Under the pieces are notes generated by a model. It did not search any database. It was not told where the DNA came from and saw only the letters and a program-made list of their open reading frames with translations. From positions 50,430-114,429 of the IMG/VR virus record IMGVR_UViG_3300010340_000454: a stretch of 64,000 nt of DNA; one strand, written 5' to 3'. The DNA is from a virus (lineage: Duplodnaviria > Caudoviricetes). Positions within the stretch are counted from its first letter, which is position 1; each line of letters begins with the position of its first letter. The translations under genes were made by a program, and so were the position numbers. Below, piece by piece: positions 55,721 to 64,000 of the stretch.

Positions 55721-56165
55721 CTGAGCTTCCCTTAGTTAGGAAATTTTCGTAGTCTGCGTTCAGTGCCTCAAGAACCTTGAACACTAACTCACCTCTAGAT
55801 TTTAGTTGCGCTAGTTGCCTCCAGTGTAAAAGGTAAGGATTCTTGAACGCCTTATCAAACTCTAAAACAACATGCTGTACTTGGTTTTCTACAGACGCTA
55901 ATGCTAGCGAGGCGCTCCTTACATCGTAGTAGTCTAATTCCTTATAGTACCTAGTGCAGTAGGCTTCACTGTTAGAGTATACACCGTTCTGACAGCGCCT
56001 AAGGCCATTAGCCTCGAATTTGTCATAAAGGTCCTTCAAGTCACCATAAAAAATGTCAGACATAACGTCGTTACACGTTTCCTCAATTGCGCTGCATACA
56101 CTGGAAAATAGTTCCCACGTGAGCTTAAAAGGAAATTTTAGAACTTTTATAATCTGGTTTTTCAT
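55707..56165 (-). CDS. Hypothetical protein
   Basis: AGGAGA RBS. Confidence 0.55.
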   Translation of the reverse strand: MKNQIIKVLKFPFKLTWELFSSVCSAIEETCNDVMSDIFYGDLKDLYDKFEANGLRRCQNGVYSNSEAYCTRYYKELDYYDVRSASLALASVENQVQHVVLEFDKAFKNPYLLHWRQLAQLKSRGELVFKVLEALNADYENFLTKGSSVESL

Positions 56166-56189
56166 CTAGACTCTCCTTGATATGAAAGG

Positions 56190-56220
56190 AAAAAGGGCCT
56201 TATCACAATATAAGGCCCTT
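56190..56220 (-). terminator. Rho-independent terminator after thyX
   Basis: AAGGGCCTTAT-loop-ATAAGGCCCTT, with a U-tract on the - strand. Confidence 0.7.
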
Positions 56221-56226
56221 ACACTA

Positions 56227-57264
56227 TTAACTAGGAACGTAACTATTGCAGACGTGATTAGGAATCAGTTGGCGGTGCTGAATAAACCCGCAGAAGTTTC
56301 CGCTCCAAATCCTGCCTTTGTTATCTACATGTGTTACACCTGGATGCTGCAACACCTCTAGCATTAAAGCCTGCTGCTGAGGATTCTCGAGGTCAAAACA
56401 ATCTAGTCCCATAGGTGTACATTGATGCTCGAAGGGACTGGCGTGCACGGGCTGGCTGGTAACTAGCCTATGATACACACTTTCTGCTTTATCAATGCTG
56501 TCGTCTAACTTCCTGTAGCTAACCTGGGCGGCACAACTAGAACTGATTTTCATTGCTTCCGTTAGTGTTAGGTAGAAAGGTCCGGACTCGCTTTGTACGT
56601 AATAGCGTAAGGTACCTTCCTCGTCCCTATCATGGTCTACATAAGGTGTATGATATTCGCCTGGGTGCAACACTTCTGGGGTTGCTTTTTCTAGTAGCGT
56701 TTCAAGGCCATCGTCTACGTATCCTAGAATGTTTGCAACACCCTGTGCAACTTTTTGGATCTCAGGTTGAGCTTCTTCGTGGTTTCGCAGGTGCAGGAAG
56801 TTATCTAGCTCTGTAGTAGTCACAATGACGCGGAACCTTTGGAAAGGCTCTGTCAGGCGATTAACGATCTGCTTATGATAGCCTGCTTTATCAAAAGCAA
56901 GGGCCAAGTTTCCTGCAAAGGAAGCACCGTACTGCCAGGCTTGCTCCCTAGGTAGAAAGACATTTGGCAACACTTCAACAGGGTTGTTACACTCTTCTTT
57001 AGCTGACATTCCGGGCTGGTTTTTCCCCCAGTGTGTCGGCATAGCTGGGCGGTTGTACACCATGTCAACAAGTGCCTTAACCGGAACCGCACGCGAGCTA
57101 GCTGCGTTACGGCTGAAGACTCTATGGGTCATTAACTCCGCATGTATAAAACGAGGGTATTCAAACGCGAAAGTAACGACTTTCGCTGTGCGTCTTTCAT
57201 TGGTACTGTAGGCTACCACTTCTACAGTAATTTGGTTTGCTAGTTGTACGCTAGGGTATTTCAT
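56227..57264 (-). CDS. thyX: Flavin-dependent thymidylate synthase
   Basis: PRFIHAELMTHRVFSRNAASSRA, LR...AQPEI and HASPFEH motifs. Confidence 0.9.
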   Translation of the reverse strand: MKYPSVQLANQITVEVVAYSTNERRTAKVVTFAFEYPRFIHAELMTHRVFSRNAASSRAVPVKALVDMVYNRPAMPTHWGKNQPGMSAKEECNNPVEVLPNVFLPREQAWQYGASFAGNLALAFDKAGYHKQIVNRLTEPFQRFRVIVTTTELDNFLHLRNHEEAQPEIQKVAQGVANILGYVDDGLETLLEKATPEVLHPGEYHTPYVDHDRDEEGTLRYYVQSESGPFYLTLTEAMKISSSCAAQVSYRKLDDSIDKAESVYHRLVTSQPVHASPFEHQCTPMGLDCFDLENPQQQALMLEVLQHPGVTHVDNKGRIWSGNFCGFIQHRQLIPNHVCNSYVPS

Positions 57265-57274
57265 TTTGTTCTCC

Positions 57275-57430
57275 TTAAATTTTAAAGTATCTAAACCACA
57301 AGTAAGAGCCTACAACCACAGAGGCTAAAACTAGAACTAACGCAACAAAAGGATTGTTGATCGAGTGAGCAAGCGTCAACAATCCTACCTCTGAAATATA
57401 GGCAGCAACAACTACAAAAACTTTTTCCAT
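57275..57430 (-). CDS. Small two-TM membrane protein
   Basis: MEKVFVV start behind GAGGAG; two hydrophobic helices. Confidence 0.55.
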   Translation of the reverse strand: MEKVFVVVAAYISEVGLLTLAHSINNPFVALVLVLASVVVGSYLWFRYFKI

Positions 57431-57431
57431 T

Positions 57432-57773
57432 TCACTCCTCAAGTTGGGATGTTTTCTTCCCTGCATCTTTAATTTCTGTTTTCATAAGTACTTGGAATCC
57501 ACCTTTGTTGTACCCAAGGCCTACATTCAACTGCTGCTCACCTGAATAGGTCTGCTGCTGTTTCGCAAATGTGTTTATAACGCGAGCTTTCGACGACGGT
57601 ATTTTTTCTTTCCCTGAGTCGCTACGAAAAGGGACAACACTATCCAGCGTTTTACCTATATTAGGATTTTCTTGTTTGCGTTTATTTCCGAATACTGTGG
57701 AAGCTTTTATGCACTCCATAATGTGCTCGGCAGTTTTCTTTTTTGCGATAGGTTTACTCTTGGATTTAGGCAT
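57432..57773 (-). CDS. Hypothetical basic protein (YNKGGFQ motif)
   Basis: GAGG RBS; downstream of a sigma70-like promoter. Confidence 0.6.
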   Translation of the reverse strand: MPKSKSKPIAKKKTAEHIMECIKASTVFGNKRKQENPNIGKTLDSVVPFRSDSGKEKIPSSKARVINTFAKQQQTYSGEQQLNVGLGYNKGGFQVLMKTEIKDAGKKTSQLEE

Positions 57774-57833
57774 TTTAGACCTCTAACAAACAAACTTTAT
57801 AGCGTATATTATAGACAGTCTGTACTCAACTAT

Positions 57834-57862
57834 AGTATAGCATACCTGTTAGATAAAAACAA
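57834..57862 (-). promoter_or_regulatory. Sigma70-like (early) promoter
   Basis: TTGTTT-17 nt-TATACT with a TGn extended -10 in an AT-rich intergenic gap. Confidence 0.5.
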
Positions 57863-57911
57863 TCTCAAAAATACTGCACCTACCGTTATCTATATTTACT
57901 TAGCACAAAGT

Positions 57912-59192
57912 TTACTCGAAATCGCTTAAACAATACTTAGGGCAGTCTTTAGGTATAGCATACGCATTATTTATACTAACAACCTGATCTAAAAACCAAT
58001 GCCACCTTCTTGGATCAGAAAGCGTCACAGGGCTTGCATACCCATCGGTGAAAACAAAAGCGTACTTTTCTTTACTGCCTAGGGAATTAAATTTTTCTTC
58101 AAAGTCGGAAAAAGAAGTTCCTCCGGTGCGGAATCTAGGTCGGGTAAGGTCTATAGGATAGCTGGAGGCCGTAAAACCAAAGGCAACCACCTCGAATACT
58201 TCTTTAGGCAGGGCTTTAGCGAAACCAAAGAAATAAGGCCTTAGGTGGTCACACGATATTGAAGTGTCCAGAAACAATGCTATAAGTACCCTACCTTTTT
58301 TGCTCTCAGCTTCTTTGTAAGAAGGTAGAAACATGTTGTCTTTAACTAGGTGCTGCACCCGCCTATCCGGCATCCAGACTGTGGTGTCAGCTTCGCCTTT
58401 GAACCGCTTAACTAAACGTTTTGAAAACTGAACCCAAGTAGTCTTACGCTTTTTATCGAACTGTTTTATTTCTTTAAATTCTGAATTTTCCGGGGCTGCC
58501 TCTCTAATCTCTTGCGCTACTTCCTGACCAAGCGTGTTAAGAAAATCCTCTACTACCTTTTCGGATTCTTTTTGAGTTAGGTTTTCTTTAGTCTTGATAT
58601 CCTCAGAAAGTTTAGACATTAAGCCCTTAACTATTTCCTTTAGCTCGGTAGCGTCAGCCTTATCGTGGTCGTCTATGGAGCCTTTACCCTTAGACCCTTC
58701 CTCATCTTTCGTAGGGTACTTACGGTTTCCTTCGGCTTCTTGTAGTGCGTACAGATACTCTTCGGCAGACAAAGTATCTAGCAGCACTTTTCCTGGAATA
58801 ACTGTATCTACCCACACCCCGATACGGGAAAGTAAAGGCATGTTATCTCGGTCAAAAGAAAAATGGTTTAGCAGGGAATGGTTTACCGCTAAATCCATAG
58901 CTTCATTACTTAACCTATTTACTTTAGGGAAACGGCTAAAATGATCTAGGAATATGTGGTAGCATTCATGCAGTACCAAAAACAATCTTTCTTCTACGTT
59001 CAACCGGTCCCAAAATTTATAGTTGAACCCGAAGTGAATGCAGCCTTTCCTAGCGGTAACGAAAGCGGTACCTTTACTAGACCAGCTAAATGTTGCTTTT
59101 CTAACAAGGTAGTAAAGGAATACACTAAACTCTCTTATCTCCTTTACGCACTGTTTAAATTCGTCGTCCCTTTCCTTCTCTGATTTAGCCAT
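57912..59192 (-). CDS. Metallopeptidase-like (HExxH) plus vWA domain protein (DUF2201-like)
   Basis: LHECYH, N.AMD.AVN, LDTSISC, GGTSF and FTDGY motifs. Confidence 0.82.
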   Translation of the reverse strand: MAKSEKERDDEFKQCVKEIREFSVFLYYLVRKATFSWSSKGTAFVTARKGCIHFGFNYKFWDRLNVEERLFLVLHECYHIFLDHFSRFPKVNRLSNEAMDLAVNHSLLNHFSFDRDNMPLLSRIGVWVDTVIPGKVLLDTLSAEEYLYALQEAEGNRKYPTKDEEGSKGKGSIDDHDKADATELKEIVKGLMSKLSEDIKTKENLTQKESEKVVEDFLNTLGQEVAQEIREAAPENSEFKEIKQFDKKRKTTWVQFSKRLVKRFKGEADTTVWMPDRRVQHLVKDNMFLPSYKEAESKKGRVLIALFLDTSISCDHLRPYFFGFAKALPKEVFEVVAFGFTASSYPIDLTRPRFRTGGTSFSDFEEKFNSLGSKEKYAFVFTDGYASPVTLSDPRRWHWFLDQVVSINNAYAIPKDCPKYCLSDFE

Positions 59193-59212
59193 ATCTACAT
59201 ACCTTATTAAAA

Positions 59213-60259
59213 TTATTCAATAGACTTTAGGTAGGTTTTGCGCTGCTCTAAATCGAACTTAAATTTACTCAGAATCTGGTTATTTTTAAAATCTATATTT
59301 GCCTTCGACAATGCGCCTAACTGCGATTGAGTCATTACCGATATAAGCCTACGTCCGTGTAGTGTTAGCTTTCCATCGTTAATCCCTGCTAGCAGGAACA
59401 ACCTGACAAATTCCTCATTAGACAAGGAAGACGTAAGGCTGTCCAGGTTATCTTTGTTCTGTGATAACTTGCTCTTCAGGCTGGTAGGGTCAAGTGTGCT
59501 AAATATCTCTTTTACAGTAATGTTAGAACCTTTAGGTGATATTTTTCTAATACTGGCATTATGTAATGCCCGCATAAAATGTACTTTGGAAATACTTTCA
59601 GGCAGGCAGTCCTCTACGTCTCCTCCAGCTTTCAGCATGTCCAAAGCGTAGTCCACCGAGCGTGGAGGAAACTCATCTTTCACAGATTCAGGTAAACCTT
59701 CCCAAAAAGCATTTATAGCATTGTATGTTTCTTCACCGTGCTTCTCTTCAAAGAAATCTTCGTCTAATCTAAAAGGCACGTTGAACCTAACTTGAAACCG
59801 GGTTACCATAGCAAGGTCTAATTCTTCCACGTGATACGTTGTGTCGGTGTTAGACCTTGCAGGCGGGTTCACGGCGCCCCAAATCATCTTTAGATTTTTA
59901 AACTTTTTGCCGTTTATGGAATGAAACTGTATCAATTCCATTACGGCATTTTGTACTTTAGGAGGAGCTCGGTTCAATTCATCCAGGAAGATGAATTCCA
60001 CTTCGTCAAAAGCAAAAGCCTTCGGGCGTATAAGCTCCAGATAAGTTACTCCATCCTTCTCTACCTTCATAGGTATACCGATAAAGTCTACCCATGGGTC
60101 AAGTGTAGAACAACTAAAATACAAAGCTTTAAGCTTTCTTTTCTTTACTAGTTTTCTAACTTTAGCTGTCTTTCCTACGCCATGTTTGCCTATCAATAAC
60201 ACGTTAAGGTTATTGTCCAGCCAGAAGTTTAGTTTGTTGTTAGGGATTAGAGAGGACAT
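59213..60259 (-). CDS. MoxR-like AAA+ ATPase
   Basis: NVLLIGKHGVGKT, FLDELNRA..VQNA.M.LI, AVNP and RF motifs; start at MSSLIP. Confidence 0.85.
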   Translation of the reverse strand: MSSLIPNNKLNFWLDNNLNVLLIGKHGVGKTAKVRKLVKKRKLKALYFSCSTLDPWVDFIGIPMKVEKDGVTYLELIRPKAFAFDEVEFIFLDELNRAPPKVQNAVMELIQFHSINGKKFKNLKMIWGAVNPPARSNTDTTYHVEELDLAMVTRFQVRFNVPFRLDEDFFEEKHGEETYNAINAFWEGLPESVKDEFPPRSVDYALDMLKAGGDVEDCLPESISKVHFMRALHNASIRKISPKGSNITVKEIFSTLDPTSLKSKLSQNKDNLDSLTSSLSNEEFVRLFLLAGINDGKLTLHGRRLISVMTQSQLGALSKANIDFKNNQILSKFKFDLEQRKTYLKSIE

Positions 60260-60286
60260 ATTTCTACCTTTAATGACATATAGGTA

Positions 60287-60293
60287 CTTTACA
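60287..60293 (-). promoter_or_regulatory. TGTAAAG motif, candidate phage promoter element
   Basis: Intergenic, 27 nt upstream of the AAA gene start. Confidence 0.35.
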
Positions 60294-60330
60294 ACTATTG
60301 ACGTATGCACCGTGTAGCTTACTAGCAAAG

Positions 60331-60516
60331 CTACCCTTTATTTCTGGAGTCTGCCTCTACTAATTCAACAGCAGCGTTAAACTCGGTAATAAGTTTGTCT
60401 ATAGGATTTTCAGGGAACCCTCTCGTGGCCTGCAATTCACGAATGTAATGGTCAGGCCCTGATAGCGCTACTAGAACTTTCCTAAGGGAAGAGGCACTTA
60501 CTGTAACTTTGTCCAT
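60331..60516 (-). CDS. Hypothetical protein
   Basis: AGGAG RBS. Confidence 0.55.
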   Translation of the reverse strand: MDKVTVSASSLRKVLVALSGPDHYIRELQATRGFPENPIDKLITEFNAAVELVEADSRNKG

Positions 60517-60534
60517 ATAACAACTCCTATTGGT

Positions 60535-61089
60535 TTAATGCAAGTTCTCGCTAAAAAGTTCGTCACCCCAGTCTTCGCCTATTAGGGGCTGTCCATTTTG
60601 TTTAGCTATACGCTTGGCATCCTTTCTAGACATGAATTGGTCGTACTGGTCAATGAACCCCTGCTCAAACCCATCATCCATCATGTCTAAGGGTTTTATT
60701 TGGCAAGCTTTTGCTTGCGCTGTCATTGCCTTTGACCGAGGCAGCCCCGGAAAATAATGACGGGCTCCAACTAGAAGAAGCCCTGTTCTAACGTGCCTAT
60801 TAGCCGCAGTAACCACTATTCTTTTAATAGGCGGAATATCCTTAGTTATGTACTGGTAGCAGTCATCCGTTAGTAGAACGGAATAATCTTTTTGCTGATT
60901 AAACTCCTCTGCTTTAGTTTCTTCCAGCATGTGCAGGTCGTTGTCAAGTACTTGGCACCAGACGTTTTCTTGGTCATTGACTAGCGCAAACTGGTGCCAG
61001 TATCCGCCGCTATTGCCAGTATAACCTAAATATACGAGGCGCTCCTTCTGACCTTTCCAGTTATAACGGTTACCAACTATCATTTTCAT
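60535..61089 (-). CDS. Two-domain hypothetical phage protein
   Basis: RYNWK.Q.ERLVYLG N-domain plus GARH..EQGFID....F.SR..A..LFSE.L C-domain. Confidence 0.6.
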   Translation of the reverse strand: MKMIVGNRYNWKGQKERLVYLGYTGNSGGYWHQFALVNDQENVWCQVLDNDLHMLEETKAEEFNQQKDYSVLLTDDCYQYITKDIPPIKRIVVTAANRHVRTGLLLVGARHYFPGLPRSKAMTAQAKACQIKPLDMMDDGFEQGFIDQYDQFMSRKDAKRIAKQNGQPLIGEDWGDELFSENLH

Positions 61090-61151
61090 CGTGAATCCCC
61101 TGATTTGTCGAATGGACACCCCTATAGTATAGGGTAGTTTCCTACACAGTA

Positions 61152-61778
61152 TTAGGATAAATACTTACGAAGTATTCTCTCTTGTTCTTGAATGTTACGC
61201 GCTACTGCGGCGTTACGCTCGTCTGCTGTCGCAGAGAATGGGCAACCCTCTTCCCAGAATACCGATTTATTTGAGTGTACTGCCGCCCAAAAAACGTAAC
61301 TTACGCAACCCATTGAGGCCCATAACGCCGAGCAGACCGAGTGGCGCCTCGCCGCTACGAGGGCGGATGGGGCGTACTCTGGGTCTTTAGGCGATAAGTG
61401 CACTACTCCTAGCATGGCCATCTTACACGCTTGTGTTTTGTCCTGAAGGGTTTTTGTATCCTGCAGATCAAAACAATATAACACCGAACAGTTTAGTGCC
61501 TCGACGGGTCGATTATCATAAGGATAACCACGCTTGAATATGCTTAACGTACTGTAGGCAAACTCCGCAGCTATTAAGCGAGACGCCAGGGTGCTGTCCT
61601 CAAGGGTAGCCCCTAAAGCAAACGCCACATCTTTAACGGTACTAATAGTTAAATAATCATTTAGATTTACGGGAAAATCTTCGGTTGCATTTTTTCCTAG
61701 AAAAGACTGAAGGCGCCTTACGCCATCCGCGCAGGCACCTCGCTGCCTAAGTAGGCGTAGTGTTGTATGGTAAGGCAT
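61152..61778 (-). CDS. Imm5-like helical phage protein
   Basis: TTL..LR..GAC.DG and P.D.RP.EA motifs. Confidence 0.5.
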   Translation of the reverse strand: MPYHTTLRLLRQRGACADGVRRLQSFLGKNATEDFPVNLNDYLTISTVKDVAFALGATLEDSTLASRLIAAEFAYSTLSIFKRGYPYDNRPVEALNCSVLYCFDLQDTKTLQDKTQACKMAMLGVVHLSPKDPEYAPSALVAARRHSVCSALWASMGCVSYVFWAAVHSNKSVFWEEGCPFSATADERNAAVARNIQEQERILRKYLS

Positions 61779-61847
61779 AAGGCACCTTCGCAAGTTAACG
61801 CTATTAGTCTTATTCCAGCTGAATTGCTAACAGAGATTTTAGGGAGC

Positions 61848-62303
61848 CTAGGTTGCGTTGTTTTTAGCTTCCAATAGGCGTATTTTATTTTCGGCCACAT
61901 TCAAAGCATTTGCGAAATAGCGGGCCGTGTCTTTTTCTTCTACTGGGTGCTTGCTTCCTATTAGTATATAAGCTTGAGCCCGTAGAAGCGCGGCTCTAGT
62001 TCCATACACTTCCAAGCCATCCCCCACTGTAAGGCGACCCCCAGTTAGATCCTCAAGCTGCGCTGTGTGGCATGCGTCGCACGTATGGTAATGCCTGTTT
62101 TCCCCTTTGCTACTATGCCACGGATTTTCTGTTACGTTTCCGCAGGCGTCGCAAGTAATAAGTGGATCATCAATAACTTCTGCGGTTTCTTGCAGAGCAT
62201 TGCAGGCTTCAAGAAGTGTTGGTTCCCCATGCCTCTGGGACGCTCGGGTTAATAGGTTAACTACCATGCGGTAAGCACCTGCGTCTACGGATACTCGGCT
62301 CAT
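61848..62303 (-). CDS. Hypothetical protein with zinc finger
   Basis: CDACG...PWH.S....H.H.CDAC. Confidence 0.55.
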   Translation of the reverse strand: MSRVSVDAGAYRMVVNLLTRASQRHGEPTLLEACNALQETAEVIDDPLITCDACGNVTENPWHSSKGENRHYHTCDACHTAQLEDLTGGRLTVGDGLEVYGTRAALLRAQAYILIGSKHPVEEKDTARYFANALNVAENKIRLLEAKNNAT

Positions 62304-62335
62304 TTTTTAGCTCCTTATAAATAGTTTGCTTTCAC

Positions 62336-62794
62336 TCAGTCGAAGTAGCTGCCTGCATTAAGTACAGGAGCCCTCTGCGATAGGTAATCCAAGTCAACCT
62401 CAAGTCCTTGGAAGAATAGTGCCGCAGAGTAGTGCAGCTTCAAATCTTCCTTGTCCTTCAGGGTAGCCCAGCGGTAGTCTACCGTTTCTTCTGTAATAGA
62501 ACAGTGTTTCTTTTTGATAGTCCCTTCGGTATGAACAAACCAATGAAGCTCCTTGTCACCAAACAAGGCAGGCGACTTCCCTATGTACTTAAGGTACTCT
62601 TCAGGAATGGTAAGCCCTACCTCCTCTTCACACTCTCTAACAATAGCGGTGAACAGGTCCTCGCCTTCGTCTACGCCGCCGCCAGGGAGACCCCAAGTTC
62701 CAGGGTTCCCGCAGGTTGGACCCCGCAGGCCTAGAAGAACTTCAAAGCCTTTGTCATTCTTACGCATAATAGCAAGCCAGACACGACGTTCCAT
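62336..62794 (-). CDS. Nudix hydrolase
   Basis: WGLPGGGVDEGED...AIVRECEEEVG Nudix box. Confidence 0.92.
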   Translation of the reverse strand: MERRVWLAIMRKNDKGFEVLLGLRGPTCGNPGTWGLPGGGVDEGEDLFTAIVRECEEEVGLTIPEEYLKYIGKSPALFGDKELHWFVHTEGTIKKKHCSITEETVDYRWATLKDKEDLKLHYSAALFFQGLEVDLDYLSQRAPVLNAGSYFD

Positions 62795-62817
62795 TTTGTA
62801 CTCTCCTGATACCCTGA

Positions 62818-63009
62818 TTAGAAAATGTTTATTGAAGCTAGAACACGTTTAGTTAACGAGGCCTTACTAGACGCGACTTCTATTTTGTAGAAGTCGGTTC
62901 CTCCAAACTCCACTTCGGCTTCATTCAGAACGGTGAACGAAACTTTTTCTGACTCCATTTTGTCTTTGAACGTACCGAAGTTTAAGTAATGTACCTCAAC
63001 CGTTTCCAT
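62818..63009 (-). CDS. Hypothetical protein
   Basis: ORF. Confidence 0.5.
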   Translation of the reverse strand: METVEVHYLNFGTFKDKMESEKVSFTVLNEAEVEFGGTDFYKIEVASSKASLTKRVLASINIF

Positions 63010-63430
63010 CTGGGACCTCGTCTAGCTGCTGTTTATCGTACAGGCGCTGCTTTGTTCTGACAATTAGCGCCACCAGGTCGTCGGCTGCCTCAGGCGTAGT
63101 AAAAATAATCTTTGTTGTATCGTAGGCAAGCCTGTCCTTAATAGGCAAACTCGTTTCTGTCATTGGGGACAGTAGCCTAGCTACTTGGAAGCACAACAAA
63201 GGTTCATTTCTGCCTTCTACAATAATACCGTATGCTGCGTAGGCCAACATTTTTTCTCCTGCAACATAAACTTTATTCTCCATATTTACATACGGAGTTT
63301 GAAGGCCGCTTACCACTAGGTCAGTCAAACCTTCCACTAGCGTATTCTCATTAAGGCCGGTAGCATTACTGATAGTGCCTGCAACTTCATACAGGAGTTG
63401 CGACAAACTTTTTTCGTCAATCTCTTTCAT
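62996..63430 (-). CDS. Hypothetical protein
   Basis: Coupled ORF. Confidence 0.55.
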   Translation of the reverse strand: MKEIDEKSLSQLLYEVAGTISNATGLNENTLVEGLTDLVVSGLQTPYVNMENKVYVAGEKMLAYAAYGIIVEGRNEPLLCFQVARLLSPMTETSLPIKDRLAYDTTKIIFTTPEAADDLVALIVRTKQRLYDKQQLDEVPDGNG

Positions 63431-63753
63431 TACGCACCTATTAGATCATGGTTGCAAGAAGGACAGATAATAGTGTTGTTACACGCAAACGCATCCACGT
63501 TATTTAGATGCAAGCATTTAGGACAGATTATGTTTTCTTTTGAAGACGCCGCCCACAAATCGTCAAAAAACTTTTCACTTCGGCAGTTCAACACGCTGTT
63601 AGCCGAAGATTGCAATGCCTCAAGACCGCGCAATAACTCCATCCACTCCTCCCGAGTTATGATAGCGCGTTCTACCCGAACATCATTTCCAGATTTAAAT
63701 TTAAGGTCCAGCTCTGCTACTACGTCAAGTAACGGCTTAGGCATCTTTTTCAT
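63430..63753 (-). CDS. Hypothetical protein with C-terminal zinc ribbon
   Basis: CPKC...CPSC. Confidence 0.55.
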   Translation of the reverse strand: MKKMPKPLLDVVAELDLKFKSGNDVRVERAIITREEWMELLRGLEALQSSANSVLNCRSEKFFDDLWAASSKENIICPKCLHLNNVDAFACNNTIICPSCNHDLIGA

Positions 63754-63983
63754 TACAGTTCTCCTTTCTTAGCCAGAACGAGCATAGCGTTGTAGGTATT
63801 TTCTGCGTCCAAATACACCAGCTTACCGTTAGCGCACCGCACTGCCTGACCTTGTTTGTTAATTTCTTTAACAGTAGAGCCTTCTGCCTTACAAAGAAGT
63901 TCGCTTATTTTAATCTCGTCTTCAGAAACGACGCATCCAGACAGGCAGAAAGCCACAAACGAAAAGAGCACAAACTTTTTCAT
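63753..63983 (-). CDS. Putative lipoprotein
   Basis: MKK plus hydrophobic signal and LSGC lipobox. Confidence 0.6.
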   Translation of the reverse strand: MKKFVLFSFVAFCLSGCVVSEDEIKISELLCKAEGSTVKEINKQGQAVRCANGKLVYLDAENTYNAMLVLAKKGEL

Positions 63984-64000
63984 AATTCGGTATCCTTGTA

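Noticed and set aside
1-64000. Stop-codon reassignment, tRNA genes, introns or inteins
   Set aside because: Genes tile densely in the standard code; no cloverleaf seen in the short gaps; polymerase, DnaB and terminase motifs are uninterrupted (checked by eye only)

Overview
The window is a gene-dense segment of a large lytic myovirus, probably jumbo-class; a relationship to RSL1/Lu11-type phages is an impression only, as no search was run. From 1 to 51.9 kb the genes run on the + strand. They encode the baseplate and tail fibres, putative head/neck proteins, an array of lysine-rich paralogues sharing an N-terminal leader, a giant SNF2-type helicase, and a replication block (family A polymerase with a UDG-like N-domain, beta-clamp-like protein, SF2 helicase, DnaB). 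They continue with the terminase, portal, prohead protease, an Acb1/2H-type phosphoesterase, a KTSC fusion, topoisomerase IB and a swapped receptor-binding cassette. After a bidirectional terminator at about 51.9 kb, small accessory genes run on the - strand (ThyX, MoxR/vWA pair, Nudix, GNAT, kinase). Two candidate undescribed systems stand out. (1) A modular head-cargo system: a shared leader MKTLELAKKAxxRxxE(V/T)(A/S), an independent W..K..W/Y..HPxSKF module and variable basic tails. The paralogues show signs of recombination and of duplication together with an HNH gene, and similar (E/V)-x-(A/S) sites recur in many other late proteins. (2) Three full-length but catalytically degenerate 7-deazaguanine pathway homologues (QueE, Ntn glutamine amidotransferase, FolE) embedded in the replication block. 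I also found several unannotated gene scars (HNH, HPRT, two fibre C-termini) and two candidate phage promoter motifs. All functional calls come from motif recognition by eye.
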